Positions 24,901 to 39,900 of a DNA stretch of 64,000 bases are shown in pieces; position 1 is the stretch's first letter; the number at the start of each line of letters is the position of its first letter. The stretch is from Gnetum montanum (taxonomy: Eukaryota > Plantae > Gnetophyta), in the NCBI GenBank assembly GCA_015680685.1, contig MNCI01000958.1:313330-377329 (forward strand). The letters run 5' to 3'. The notes under the pieces were generated by a model that had not been told where the DNA came from, searched no databases, and saw only the letters and a program-made list of their open reading frames with translations. The position numbers were made by a program, and so were the translations under genes.

Positions 24901-27900
24901 TCAAAAAGATAGCATGATCATGATCATCATCCTTGTAGCCTTTTCTCAATTACATGGGATCAGTTATATGAGTCCTTTTACACTATTGGGATCAGTTATA
25001 TGAGTCCTTTTACACTATTTGTTTCTGTTAAGCTCAAATCTTGGATGTCTTTCTTTATGCAAGCAGATCAATTATGTTTTGGTCTACCCCTTTGTTGGTT
25101 TCCTTCAGCTTTAATAAAGTGACCTCTTCTAATAGGAGCTTTCTCTGGTCTTCTTAACACATGACCAAACCATCTAAGATAACTATACTTAATCTTCTTA
25201 TCCATGGGAACTACTCCCAAAGGTCCCTTGGTCCCTTAGTAAGAGACTAGTTGATTCAATCTTTTCTGGTCATGCCTGACATCCACCTTAGTATATGCAT
25301 CTCTGCCACATGCACATGTTGTGCCTAATGTTCTTTAATAAGCCAGCATTCTGTACCTTAGATAACTCAAAACCCACATGATTTAGTACCAAGATCAGCT
25401 TTTTTTTTTTTTTTTTTTTGGTGCATAACAACCTATAAGGATGATATAGTCATAAAAAATTCAGACGTCCTATCAGTTTCTTATTTAGGTCCAAATGGTG
25501 TGTTTCTGACTATCATGGTTCAAAGAAATATAGACTGTGTGATGATACTTCTAACTAGGTTTGTTCACTGATAGATTCTAGTTTATGTCCTGATCCTTCC
25601 ATTGCTTTTGAACATTTTACTTTTCCTTTGTTTTGTATTGATAGTTGATGCAATTTGTGATACATTTTGTTCCATAGCACTATGCAACTATTGCCTTGCA
25701 AAATTTCTTTCTGTCGGCTTTGAATGAATGTTTATATTCTCTCACCTTGAGTGAGGAAAATCATTTCAAAGATGTAGATTCCCATGCCCAAAACATCCTT
25801 TTTGCTAAAACCTGTATCCTCCATGTCTTTGATAACAGTAAGACAATTTTACAGATGACCTTGGTCTTGTTTTGATCTGCGGCAGTCATTGCAAAGATGA
25901 CGTCCTTGATAATGAAAACATTTAGGTCTTCCTTTTTTGTTTGTGTCACTGTTTTGCTGAGTCCTTCTACACTTTTGCAAATGTGCTGGAGTTCTAACAT
26001 GTTTTTGAGCTTCTATTTCTATGTCACTCTCTAATCTTAATCACTATTTTCTTATGCTAATTCAACTCTTACCATTTCGTAATAAAAAGTAGAAGAAACA
26101 GAATTTCAACATGACCTTTATAGCTGGCTTGAGCCCTTAAACAAGCTTATCGGCACAATATTGTTCAATGGGGCAAAGGCGCAGTGTAGAAGATCCTGAT
26201 CTCATGAACAAAGTAATGTATTTTTCTACTATCATTATTAAGTTTATAGAGAAATTTGAAGAATAATCCTTACCTGAAGTTGTCGTAGAACCCTGCCAGA
26301 GAAACTAAGATTGCAAGATTGCAACATGTGGCAACGATAAAAAGCATTGGCACCACACAATTAAAATAAGTTTAGGGTTGGATTGGTTAGGGATGGGTTT
26401 CACGATGATAATTTGGTCTTGGCCAGGAGGACCTTCCATGGCCTAAAGAAAAAAAATTATATCAGAGCATTAAAACAAAACCACTATTAACTAGCCAATT
26501 AAAGTGTATAGTTCATTGTTCCTCCATGCCCCACAATGTTTGTAGTGTACACCAACTATTGCAGCTGCCTAGGCTTACCATTGCAGCTGTCTGCACTGTT
26601 GTTCAAGACCAAAAACAGACCACAGTGCTTAAGCGAAATACAAAGCTCTACCTGCCTGTACCTGCTTTATTAATTTTTTCTGCTCTGCTTGCATTGTTAT
26701 TGCTATAAAAACCAAAGAAGGTCCACCTTCCTTGCATGCATGTCGTTTCTATAAGCTAGCCTTGTGCTTGAGAGGGACAACATTGTTCTTGCCTTTTGCA
26801 GTAAGAATGGTCATGCGATCTTTAGAAATGATTCCTGTAATTTCATTTTGTACTGTTGATTGGACATAACAATGCTCAAAGTCAAGAGACGGTTGGTTAA
26901 GACTCAGAGACAACAGGGTGTGGATTAAAAGGATCATGAACTGTTGAACGTGCTTCTTTAAATATGCTGCCTTTTCATTCCTGAATTTTGATCTTTTGTG
27001 TTTTGTTTTATGGCTAAGTTGATCTCACGGATGTGAACAAATGCTAGTCAGTGATTGGTGGCCAGCAAGTCTTTGAGTTGGCCTAAAATCAACCTGGTGC
27101 GATTTTAATCACAGAGTAGTGGATGTAGAATGACATTTTACACTAATTCTGCAGCTTCATGCTACTACCAAGAATACTTGGTTGAATGATGTACGAATTT
27201 TTGAAATGCTTTATTATTGGAGGTATGCACGTTCCAGAGAAGCAAGGGTTCCTTTGGAGTCTCATTTTCTCCTGGCAAAATCAAATTCTAATTTGCTCTT
27301 TCAGGTTCTAATGCCACCTGGTTTCTTCCTTGGATATTTATAATTAATTTATGGAAGATTGTGAGTAATGATTTTTTTTTGGGATCCCTAACAGAGAAAC
27401 TTAATTTTATCCCTATTTTAGATATAAAAGGATCATCACCCAAAGGCTCAATGCTCATCCCGCTAAGGCAGGGTCCTGGGAAGGCATGTTTTAGATGTAT
27501 CTTTTTTAATAGATGATGCTTATTTATGTTGTTGAATACGATTATTCAACTAGCTTATAAATAAACAGATGCTTAATGTTAAATTTTTGGAATTGCTTGT
27601 TTCTTTATTTATTCCTTCTGTTTTGCATTTGCACAGGTTAATTATTTTTTCATGGCTGATTTTTATCTTAGAATTAATCCGATGTAACTAAACTACTCAT
27701 ATGACATGAACTCCAATATAGTTAATTGATAGTTGTTCCTATTATTGGATGTTGCAATATTTTCACATGTACAAGCATGTTTTTGGTACTATGCTGTTCT
27801 TTCCATTACCAATGGTTTTGTTTAGGTATGGCTTTGGTTGAAATACTAGATTTTCTGTTGTTCTATGACAAGGATCTATGATAATGAAAAACATGTTCGT

Positions 27901-30900
27901 CAATCTTCAGTGCAGTGACAAACTAGGACTAAGTCTGGAACTGGGCTCCTTTGCTGCTGGAGTTATGATAGCATCTACCGATTTTGCGAAGCATACGTTT
28001 GATCAAGTACGGAAATTTTCAAACACACCACTTTATATTCATCCATTGAAAGTATTTTCTACACATTTTCATGCAACATTTTCAGTTAAACATCATGCAT
28101 GCATTTAAAACTTATGTTTTTTAATTCTTGGTAGGTCTTTGCCTTTATAGGATATTCTTGTTTTTGGAGTTCATACCATTTTTATGCATAGTTATGAATG
28201 TGTAATATATAAAACTGAAGGAACAGGATGTCTGTAGGAGCCTAACAACCACCCTCTAAATTCACTACAATTTTTTCCTTTTCTTTTTAAACCATTAGGC
28301 TAGACTTACATTGGCTCCTAATAAGAATATGGGGTGTTGGAGCTTGAAATAAGTGAAACATAGGTGCGCCCCAAAATTTATAGAAGTTTATAACTTAGTG
28401 CTACCTAGTAGAATTGTACCTATGACCTAGGGCTACTAGGCTAAAACCTGTACCACTAGGTTAACACTTCATTGTTACTAATAAGAATATGATAAAATGT
28501 CATGGTGAGTTGATTATAAGGCCTACACTTGTCCTTCCCTCATTGATCTTAACAAATTGGTGATGAGATGAGACCTTCCTACTTTTTGTAATTCGAAGGA
28601 TTGATTCATTGATTGCATATCACCTATCTTTTGTAGTATTATCGTACCTCAAAAAGTAGTATAGCTATGGCTAACACTTCCCATCACTTAGGAAGCTAGA
28701 AAATATCAAACTTTCGTGTGACTTATTTGTTAAGTTCATTTTATTAGCAGTACTAATGGATGTTGTTGGATGTAATCCTAATCTTCCATTATGTTTTTGC
28801 ATGATCATTTAATCTATAATAGGCTTCAAACAATGGTTGGGGCTTCAAAACATATAGGTTTTAACAACTTTGCCCATGCAATGTGGTGTTGCATTACCAC
28901 ATTGAGGGCCATCCAACTTGAAGAAATTTGATCACCATTTGGCTATGAATTGTGTTATCTTTGGGTTCTATGCTACCCAAACAAGGCTTGGCTCAACCAT
29001 CATTTTTGGATTACAATTTAATATACCCCTAAGAGAGGTGACTGGAGATCGTACATGAGGTGGGTGCACACTTATGAATGGCACTTGCATTATTGAAAAT
29101 CTTCAGGTGTTGTGCAACTCAACCCCCTTGGGTCCAATGGCTTAGGAAATGAAGCCTAAGTAAGCATATGTATAGGTAGGATTGGATAAGGCAAACCATA
29201 CATTGGTCCACATCAGTTCTTAAATATGGTTGGTAGCATATGTGAGTATGCATGGGCATACATATATGGTGATGCATAGTGGAGCACTATGTTTTCAGAA
29301 AATTCAAAGTGTTTTGATTAAAATAATAGAAGTTTCTAAAAGAAAGGATTTGAACCTTTAACCTTTCACTTATTATTTCAGTTGAGCTATGAAATCTTTT
29401 TTTATATTATTTAAACATGTGTACCTAGGTCCCACCCTTGCTTGCCAACAAGCACCCACTAGCAAGTAGGGGTGGGATCCAGGGACACGCAAGAATGGTT
29501 GGGATGGTCATTGAATATACCATGGATTGTTTACACATGTATTTATGAACTGATGTGGATTGGATTATGCTTTTCTGGTTGGATAGTGGTGCTCATCTTC
29601 ACATCTAGGTAGGGTGTACACAAAATAATAAGCAATGCAACCCATCCACTCAAGGTATGGGGATGAATATATTATTATTAAAATGATTAATTAATGATCC
29701 CTATATATACTACATGCTTCACACAAGACATATCAATCAAATGCATCATCCACCTAATTACTAACTATGAGTTTAGGTGGGAAAACTAAGTGGACCATGA
29801 GCGGGAAAACAAAGAGCGTTGAGTGTGTGGGTGGAGGGGCATCGGGGTCGATAGTGTCACTAGTGACGGAGGCCCCACGTCTGGCGTGGTAGGGCAAGGA
29901 CTAAGAGGGGGGACATTTGAGGAGTGGAAGGAGGTTGAAGGAGCAGCAAGAGATGGTGAGGTTGGGAGCAAGAAGGGATCAGAGAATGGGGCTCAAGCAC
30001 AGTTGGGCGGAGAGGAAGGGTTTGAGGCTCACCGGAGGGAGACACTATGTGCCTCAAGGTGGGATGGCCACTAGCGGAGGTGGTGAGAGCCTTGGCAATG
30101 AGCTTATTGGGCAAATTTGTGTTAGAAGGAGCACATGCAATGATGGACCGACCTTATCAAGCATTGGGTCAAGGCGGCATGGGGATTGGAGAATGTGTGG
30201 GTGCAGAGTCTTGCAGATGATAGGTTGCTTTTCATCTTCCAAACATAGGTTGACAGGGAGAGGGTACTGCTGGGGGAGGGGGGGCTATGGTTCTACGGGG
30301 CCCAAGGTTTGGCTCTTGTGCCCTAGAGGTTGGGAGCTCATCGGGATGTGAATCTGTTTGATTGGGCATGGATGTGGGTTCGGATCTTGGACCTGCCTTT
30401 GGAGTTCTAGGCTCATGGCTTTCTAAAATCGTTGGTTGGCTTGTTTGGAGAATTCATAAAATTTGATGCATTCATTGCGTCGATGGATAGGATGGGCTAT
30501 GAGCATTTCTATGTCTGGAGGTCGCTGGGGTCGGAGGATAGAGTGAGTGAGGTGGTGCTGGACACAGCCTCGAGGGAAGAGAAGATAAGGATTTAGCTTG
30601 AGAACTTGCTAACAATAAAAGAAACACCATCGGTAGTGTGTGAGACATGCGGGAAAGGGCATTCGACTGTGGATTGATGGGTCGAGTAGTAGGGACCAAT
30701 GCAACAAGGATGGAACCTGGTTGGTAGGAAGGGTCATGTGATGAAGGCAGCGTTGTTGGTGAGCCAAGGAAATAAGGTCTTGAATAAGGGACCAGCCATG
30801 AAGGCTGGAGAGCAGGGGTAGGCTTTGAGAGCTGGGGGGATGCCACCTCTCGAGGATCCGGTGGTGGGAGCGGCCCATGTGCAACAAGACGGTCAAAGAA

Positions 30901-33900
30901 AGGAGGGCAACGAAGATGAAGATTCAGAGTTTGCTTGAGGGTGCAGTGGGGGAAGGGCCGAATAGAGGAATGCAGGGGTTGGAGGAGGTGTGCAAATATT
31001 GGGAGGATATCTGGTGGAGAAGAGACTTGGAGAAAATCTTTGTTCTGGTGTTGTGGGTCCTATCTCAGGTGGAGAATCAACATCTGATGCGACCTTTCTC
31101 TAGATTGGAGCTGATCACGGTGATGAGGTTGATGTAGACCAATAAGGCGCCAAGACCAGACAAGTGGACTATTTAATTCTTTCGGGCTTTTGAGGACATT
31201 ATGGGGGCAAATCTATTGGATGCTTTTAATTGTATGCTTAGTTGGCAATAGGTTAGAAGAGAGATCAATTGTTTGTGGATTGTTCTTTTGTCTAAGGTGC
31301 CTCATCTGACATCACTAGCCCATTTTAGACCCATTGGTGTGTGCAATACTTTGTTGCGACTATTTTCCAAAATGCTTGTTGATCGTTTGGCGCCTTTGAT
31401 GAGGAAATTGGTGGGAGAACACCAAGTTGGGTTTGTTAAAGGCCGCTTTTTGTAGGATTAGGTCTTGCTGTTGTAGGAGATCCTACACTCGTTCAAGTAT
31501 GCCAAGTTCCCTAGAATGTGTATTAAATTGGACATAACTAAAGCATATGATATGGTGAGTTGGGTAGCGTTAAGAGAGATAATGCTACTTAAGGGCTTCA
31601 ACCCTAAGTTTGTTAATTTGTGTATTTAGATGCAAAGTGCCAATCAGTATTCTTTTGATATTGACAGGAGGTTATGGGGGTTCTAGGCATCGGAGATAGG
31701 GCTGAGACAAGGAGACCCTCTGTCGCCGCTACTGTTTATTTTGGTTATGGATATGCTACAGAGTTATTGTATTGTTGAGGGGATGCAGGGCTGAACGTCG
31801 CAAGGGTCCAATGCCCAATGACACATTATGTTGATGATATGATCTTGTTTGCTAGGGTGGTTGTACAATAAGTTGTTTCACTGAAGAGGGTGCTTGAACG
31901 AATGAAACGTGAGTTGGGGTTCAAGATTAATAGGGGGAAATCAACTATCCACTTGATCAATGTAGCGGGAATTGTGGAGGGAAGGATTGTCTAGTTGTTG
32001 GGGATCTTGTTGGGTATGATTTAGGACACATATTTGGGGATGACAATTTTTGAATGGTAGATGAAGAGGGCGTGGTTAGGGCTGGTGGAAAGGTTGCAAA
32101 CAAAAACCACACATTGGACCACCCGATTTCTTTCCTGGAAAGGGAAAATGATGATGGCATCGACGGTGCTCATGGCTACTACCAGGTTTGCAGGTTCGAT
32201 GGCTATCCCCTTGGCTGGAGTTATGCAAAAAATTGACCAAATCATCTGGTGGTTTGTGTGGTTTGGTGGAAAAGGGGGAAATAAACTTCATTTGGTGTGC
32301 TAGGCCTGGAGAGCATGCCCGAAATTGGTGGGGGAAATTGGGTTGCTATCTTTCTAGGATGAGGTTATGCTCGGAATGCAAAGTGTGGTTAACAGGGTTA
32401 TGGTCTAGGAGGATGGGTTGGCTTCGTGGGTGAGGTTGCTAAGGCAGAAATACCACTATTGGGAGGTTGATGCTCACAATTGTGGAAGAACATATGCAAA
32501 CATATTAGAGCAATGGAGGCCAAAGAAAGCCTCCTAAGGAGGTGATTAAGGCGATTCACTCGCTGGCGGAGGGATGGAATGAGGTTTGGAGGGGCAGACT
32601 GCTTGAGAAGGTTAAAGCTTTTGGATGGCTTATAAAGCATAGGGTGCTACTTGTGAGGGCTGTGTTGAGGGAGTGGGGGATGAATGTGAGCGGCATCTTC
32701 CCTCTCTGCGTTGTGGAGCCCAAGATGCTAGAACACTTTATATATGGATGTCGGTACATGCAGGAAGTCTGGAGGAAGGCCAAATTGGTGCCCATAATAA
32801 CTATTAATGGAGATTCTAAAGCGCTTGTGATCTTATGGGTGGGATGGAAGGGTAGGAATCACCTCATTTTCCATGGGCAAAGGCTGTCCACGCCATTGGC
32901 TTTGGCCAGGGCTGGGTTTTAGCTGTGGGTTGAAGCAATCCAAAGTATGGGGCATGGGTAGCTATTCGAGCCGGCATGGACAAAATATGCAGGAAACATA
33001 GACCTTTGGAAGTTAGTTGAAAGAATGGGTTTGGTTAACATGCTAAAACATATTGAGCGGGAGTCAGGGCTGTCCACGGCGAGTTTCTTTAACAATTGGG
33101 TGGGGCAAGAAACACAATTTCGGGGAAGACAAATCAAGGTCACTGAGGGGGCATTGGTGGAGGTGTTGGGTGTTCTAGCAGAGGGGGAGATTATTGCTTT
33201 AATGGTCCACACCCAAATGGATGCTACTGAATTTTTGAGGGGTGTGGTTAACCGGATGGGCAGTGGGCACATTCGCAAGTCAGCGTTGGAAGGCATATGG
33301 TAGAACGTGGCAGTGTTTGTCGAATGATACTTTGTGCAATGTGGGTACCCCCACAAGCTCGTGGGTGTCCATTTTGCATTTTTGCAATGCATGAAGCATG
33401 GCACTTAGATTAACCTACCTTGACTTTTCTTGGATTCGCTGCAAAGATGATGGCTAGGGCAGCATTCGGGGGTGATTTTGGTGCTCTAGAGGTCGGGTGG
33501 ACAGATTTGCAGCTAGAACCTTGATTGGTCTACCAGAGGTAGAGCAGGCGGGCAACACATGGGCCACAATCATAGTCGGTGGAGGGGTTAGAGAAGGCGG
33601 AGAGAAGGGGGGCCTTGTCGGAGTTGGCATGGGAAGAGCAGCCAAGGTTGTCACGGGAGGCAGGGTTGGATCCTCTAGAAATTGTCACGGGAGAGGGGAG
33701 AGGAAAAGGCAAAAAAGAAAAAAAGAAAAAAAAGAAAAAGGTGGAGTATGGGTGCATATAAGAGCAAGGGAGAGCTCAATCACAAGAGAGGTGGTTGGAA
33801 ATGAACAACAACAAAAAGAAAACTATGACTGAAATAGAAAATGAATAACAACAAAAGAAGGTTGTAGCTGAACCAACAAATAAACAAGAGAAGATTGTGG

Positions 33901-36900
33901 TTGCAACAAGAAACAAAAAAAAATAGTAACAAGGGAAGATTATGGCTGCTACAGAAGACAATAAATTTAAAGGAAATTTACACTTAGCAGCAATTCAATA
34001 TTGTGATTAATTATTCTTGGTAAGCAAGAAATCTGAGCAAGAAGGTAAGATGAATCCTTCTCTTGCTATGTGTGGTAGACAACATTGGCTGATCATCTCA
34101 ATATCTTAGCTCTTCTCCTTTCGTTGGATTGGATATCTGTTTATGTTTGAATCAGTTTTGACAAGATTGTTGTTGAGATCTTAGATTGTTGAAACCTTAA
34201 GTTTGTTGTTGGATCTCTCCACCCATCTTCTACACTTTCAGGCCTAAATGACTTTGATAAGAGTTGTTTCTGTAACAATTCAAAAACACCTGAAAACACC
34301 TGTAACCATTTAGGGCATTTTTGGCATAACAATTTGCCAACATGGGCCAAGGATCTCTGACATAAAGATTGTTACTCTTGACAGAAAGTGAGAGTCTCCT
34401 TGGGCCGATGTGTTTATTTTGTGATCTTCTGAAATTTACAGAATTGTTGAATTCTTGGTTTTTGGCTGGAAATTGGCTTGATGATCCCCTTAAATGCTTA
34501 ATCTTTGGTTTGGAAATTTGATTCATATTCTCGTATCTTCTCAAGTCTAATTTTGTTATCCTTTTATGAATCTTTTTTTTTTTTGTTTTGGGGGGGTGTG
34601 GGCGGCGGCGGCGGCGGCGGTGTGGGGTGGTCTCTATTCTGTAAATTCAATGGTTTTATTAAATGTTAGTGGTGTGCTTTACAATATTTCAGGCTACAAG
34701 AATTAAACAGAAATGATTTTGTATTATGTTTTGCGGAAAGAAAATAAAATATTATTATTAAGCAAATGAAAAGATTTGAAAATTATTGATTTATATGTTT
34801 CTTGGGGTGGACTGTTGGGTTAGACAAATTTGTTGATGAACAACATCTAATATATTATTACGGTATGAGAAAAATCAGAATCTGATCCATAAATAAAAAG
34901 AAAATCAGACCTGTATATTGTATCAGAGGAATCTTGCATAGAATTTTTACCATTGCTACTTGCTTTTCATGGTTGTCTTTTTATCAATAATGGTTAAACT
35001 AAAATCTGATTATGCTTATGGTGTTCGTGTGCTAATTAGACATGAATTTTTGTTAATGTTGGAATACTAGAGAATCACAAATTATGCTTAAAAAGCATTA
35101 GTATTTCTTCTAAGTTTTGCTCAAACCTTATGTGGTTATCCATTAGAAAATTAGAATTCATTTATTTATTATTGTAAGCAAAATTCAAGGCAACAAAGTA
35201 TGTTTGCTTTATTTCAATAATAGGTAGAATATACATATGATAATATATATACTGAATATTAGGAAAAGCTATGAAATTATTTGTTAACATTATTCATTAT
35301 AGTTTTTGATTGATGCTAGCTGTAGTTGTTTTTAATTCTTTTGTTAAGAGTTTTGATAATTTGATTTATAAACTACTATTTCCTAAGATTTTTGTGCTTG
35401 TTATCCAATTGTCTATGTAGACAACTTTAATAATGTGCACAATTGAGTTTCTGCTTTTTCCTTCTTACTGAACACCGTATATGTACCATTGGCATCAATA
35501 TTTTGTATAAATGTTGAGACTGTTATATTATGCTGTATTGCAATTTGCAATTTATTTGGTACATGAATAATCCATTTTCCTTCAGTTTGACTTTCCTTAT
35601 GACTGATTGCATTTTGGCTCTGCATAGTTTAAGTTTGCTAAAATGAAGCAATCGAGCTAATTGCCTTCTTGCAGTTTGACTTTCCTTATGACTGATTGCA
35701 TTTTGGCTCTGCATAGTTTAAGTTTGCTAAAATGAAGCAATCGAGCTAATTGCCTTCTTGCAGAGCTAGATGGCTATGGATATGATTTTAGGTTTTTGAT
35801 GTTTTGATGTATGTATTGCACCTTGGATGCATAGTGAATTAAGAGATGTCAATCATCATATTGGCATTGTCTTTCAATGAGATCCTTGGGCCATTCCTTG
35901 CATCATATAATTTTTTGTATGTTATGCTTTATTTTAATTGATAGTTGTCTATGATGGTCTACATGCAAGTTGAATTTTTGATAACTGACTAACTGCTTGG
36001 GAAAAAAATTCATCCTTGCATTTTCAGCCAGCTTGTTGGAGGCTTTGGGTGTTAACGCTGGCTCCCTGATGGGTGTTACACAGCCCATTCTCAAAAATCC
36101 TATTTTTATTCATGGCATTATTACTATTTGAGTTGGATAAGCAAGCTCTCATGAGAGTGACAACACTCAAGAGAGCCACATGTTCCCATTAAGTGAGTCC
36201 TTTGTCCCTTTCACAACCATTAATATGAAGTGGACAATTAGCATATAAAAAAAATCACCATCCTGCATTGACTTTTCTTGTGACCCTACCTTTTTGGCTT
36301 GTTTACGTCACTTTTACGTTATAAGCAATCAGGGTTTATTTTTGGCTTCTTATCTATTTTCAACATTTCCTATAATTTATCTAGCAAAAATCATTGATAC
36401 TAGACTTTTTGTACATCTAACATTTTACACATGTCAAGCTAGTTATAACAAACACAAACATGTCATAGGCTAAAACTTAATATTTTAATTGAATTAGAGA
36501 AATATGGTCCCATAAGGCACTTTTTAAATCATTTAAAATTAAAATCTCAAAGCTAGGACTCAAATCGAAAAACTAATTATAGATCTCTGTTGGGTTAGTC
36601 TATTTGACAACTTCAAATTTTTTATGTATTTTAATCAATTAAATATCCAGTAAATTAAAAATTCTAACTAAATGCCAAAATGCACGATGGATTAATATTA
36701 CATTAATTTCATAGTATTATTTTAAAATAATGTTAGAGTTTTCCATCTTCATTCATCAATAAAATATATATTTTTAACTTAAAATATTAAATAATTAGAA
36801 ATAAAGGGTAAACTTACTTATGTCACCCAGTCAGAAGACTTTATATTACTTAGAAGCATTAACCACATCTACAAAAATATATACACTTAAAACAAGTTCA

Positions 36901-39900
36901 AGTCTAAGCATTTAATAGAGTATTAAGGTTACATGTACAAATGTGGGTCACTACAATGTCTCAGATGTATCAATTTGTACACAATGCACCAGTATTAATA
37001 TTCTTGGAGTATATCAAATGTGTCTAAAAGTTACATTATTTGATTGAATTTTCATGATATTGCCTTAATACCAATGATATATTAAATAATTTATAAAAGT
37101 TATAATATTCCTTTTTTATATAAAAAAGTCTATTGCAATAGAATGTGTTGTTCAGCTTCTATTATCTGTAACAGACATAACTTACATATTCAATCTTCTT
37201 GCAGAATATTTTTCTATCTTCCAGTTTGTACTGTAAGATATTAAGAACTCATTCTTACCTTGCTAATCAAGGTTTGCATATCTGCATGGAGTTGGCTGGA
37301 TGTAAGATATTTAATTTGTACATTAAGCTCGCCTCTTATGATATTCTCACAATAAAACCAGAACTTCTTTTGATTTTTAACTTTCTTTAATAAGCCTCTA
37401 AGCCTCCTGGAAATTTATCATTTGATCAAGATCATGAATGGGCTATTTTTGCAACCATATCTCTGCACTATTATACCAACATTTTTGTTTACTATTCCTG
37501 ATTACCTGAGAGCTTGATACCAAGTTTAGCACTTTGATAGTAGGTTGGGAACAAGTACATTGCCTCAGCTTTCAAGGGTAATAAGCCAGCCTTTAGCAAC
37601 AATATTGCATATGACACTTGAGTTTTGATTTTAAACTCAATCCAACAGAAATTGTTTCTAAACCTTTCACTTTTTCCCATGAATTTTTGGCTACTCCTTT
37701 CCGTAAATATATGCTACACATTTTCTGTTATATGATGCAATACTGAAATCTACTATGATAAAATCTGTTACATGTTGCTAGTTTACTCATGGATGAGATA
37801 TTTGATATATTGGATAATCAATGGGCTATTGCATAATTATCCAAAATTCCAGAAAAAAAAATTTGAAATGAAAATCCCTTTGGAACGAAGCCATTCCTAC
37901 CCTCAATTTATAGCTTTTCATCTCTCAGGCTTACTAATTTTGGTAGTTGAATCCAATTCTATGTCACATCCTGCTGCAAATCTTTTACTGTTAACAAAGC
38001 TTTGAAAGTCCTTTGAAAAGATCAAAGCCTAATGTGTCAAAACCAACGCAACAACGATCTTTTTTTTAAAAAAATATTGAATCATTTCAATGGCAGATGC
38101 CTTTGCTAAGAAACTTTCTTTTTTTATACATTTTATTTTATAATCTTATGAGTTTATGCTTCAATTCAGCTTGTTGAACTTCTTTATAATTATGATACGT
38201 AGCAATTCCAATGTTTTAGCGTACACTTCTAGCAATTCAGCGGCTGCTTTGAGTATGCGAAAATTTTTATTATTTCTTTCCTAACAAATTCCAAAGATTT
38301 ACATGTGCTATTAAAGCAACTTATTTAAAGCTTGATATTTTTTATACGCTAAAAAATAGGTTTCTTAGAATACTCTAGTAACTTCGTAGCTATTAAGATA
38401 TTCAGTATCTGTATTTGTATTTGTATTTTTAGTTTCTTTTCTCTTCCACGATTCTTTATAGGATAACTGAAGCTGGTATGTTTAATAACGAAGCTGTTAG
38501 CATTACTTGTGAACTTTTCTTAAATGAGTTTTCAGGTGGAGCCGATACGAAATTTCTTTGCAGCACTTTTCTTATCTAGCATTGGAATGCTCATTAATGT
38601 TCAATTTCTTTGGAACCATATTGAGCTTTTGCTTGCTTCTGTAATATTGGTGGTTATTGCCAAAACTGTTGTGGTTGCTGGTGTAGTTAGTGGCTTTGGC
38701 TATAGCACCAGAACTGCAGTTTTTGTAAGTAATGTTTCTTTTTACTTATTTTTAGCTGCTGTTAATATTGATTGGACATGGATTCTTAAATTGTTTTGAT
38801 AGTTTATGCAGCATGGCAATTCTCTTTTGTAGGTTGGTATGTCACTTGCTCAAATTGGAGAATTCGCCTTTGTTCTTCTTAGCCGGGCATCGAATCTTCA
38901 TATTGTGGAGGTATTAATTACTTAAATTAATATTGTATTACCAAAACTACGAATAATTCACCTTTGTTCTCCTTAGTCGGGCATCGGATCTTCATATTGT
39001 GGAGGTATTAATTACTTAAATTAATATTGTATTAACAAAACTACGAATAATTTATTTCTATTTACTACCAAAAAATTATCGGCTAATACTTTAATTCACT
39101 AAAAAAATCATATGAAATATGTAATTAGGGCATGTGATCTTATTTTTTCAGGAGCATATTAACATATAGCACCAACAAGATTTGAATACAGCACTTACTA
39201 CTTAAACAAATCCTCATGATAACCATCTAAGCACAAGTACTTAATATAAACATTTTTTAATTTTTATTTTTCTTGAAATTAAAACACTAATTATGGTGAC
39301 GGAGCTGAATGATTGGAATCCTGAATTGATGATACTGTAGGGTTGTCTGTGTTAAGGCCTATCAACAAATAACAGATTTTGGGATCTAAAATAAAAACTG
39401 CCATACCAAATTAGTGCCGCAAAAATAAAATCAACCACACATCTAAAGCTGTAATGAAAGGGGAGAAACTGAAAGTAAGTCCTAAGCCCATACCAAATTG
39501 GTGGAAATGCTCAAGCAAACAATTTCATTACTGTTCATAACAATTTATACATATGGTTGAATCGCCAAGATACTTCTAGAAAAATCTAATTGTTAATATT
39601 GTTGGCATTGCTATCTATTTCAGCAATCACCCTCTCAATGCTAACATAAAGAACAAACTTGGGATTACACTCCCATAATTTAAATTGCATCTCAAAATGT
39701 GCACCATTCAATTTCATGTCACATTTGAGATGTACATGCCTAATAATACATATAGACAATGGGTTTGCAAGGATAATTTGTTCTGCAAACCTAGCAACAA
39801 ACCCACAAGAACAATTAGTCTTGTAAAAATAGCAAAGAACCTGCTAGAACTTATCTTGCAAACACAACAAATAACCTACAAGAACAACTTGTCTTGCGAA

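Noticed and set aside
27430-27490. Au-SINE/RTE-5'UTR-like motif CCCGCTAAGGCAGGGTCCTGGGAAGG
   Set aside because: Match is too short to call an element.
34575-34630. T-run, G-run and (GGC)n microsatellite cluster
   Set aside because: Simple repeats with no further structure.
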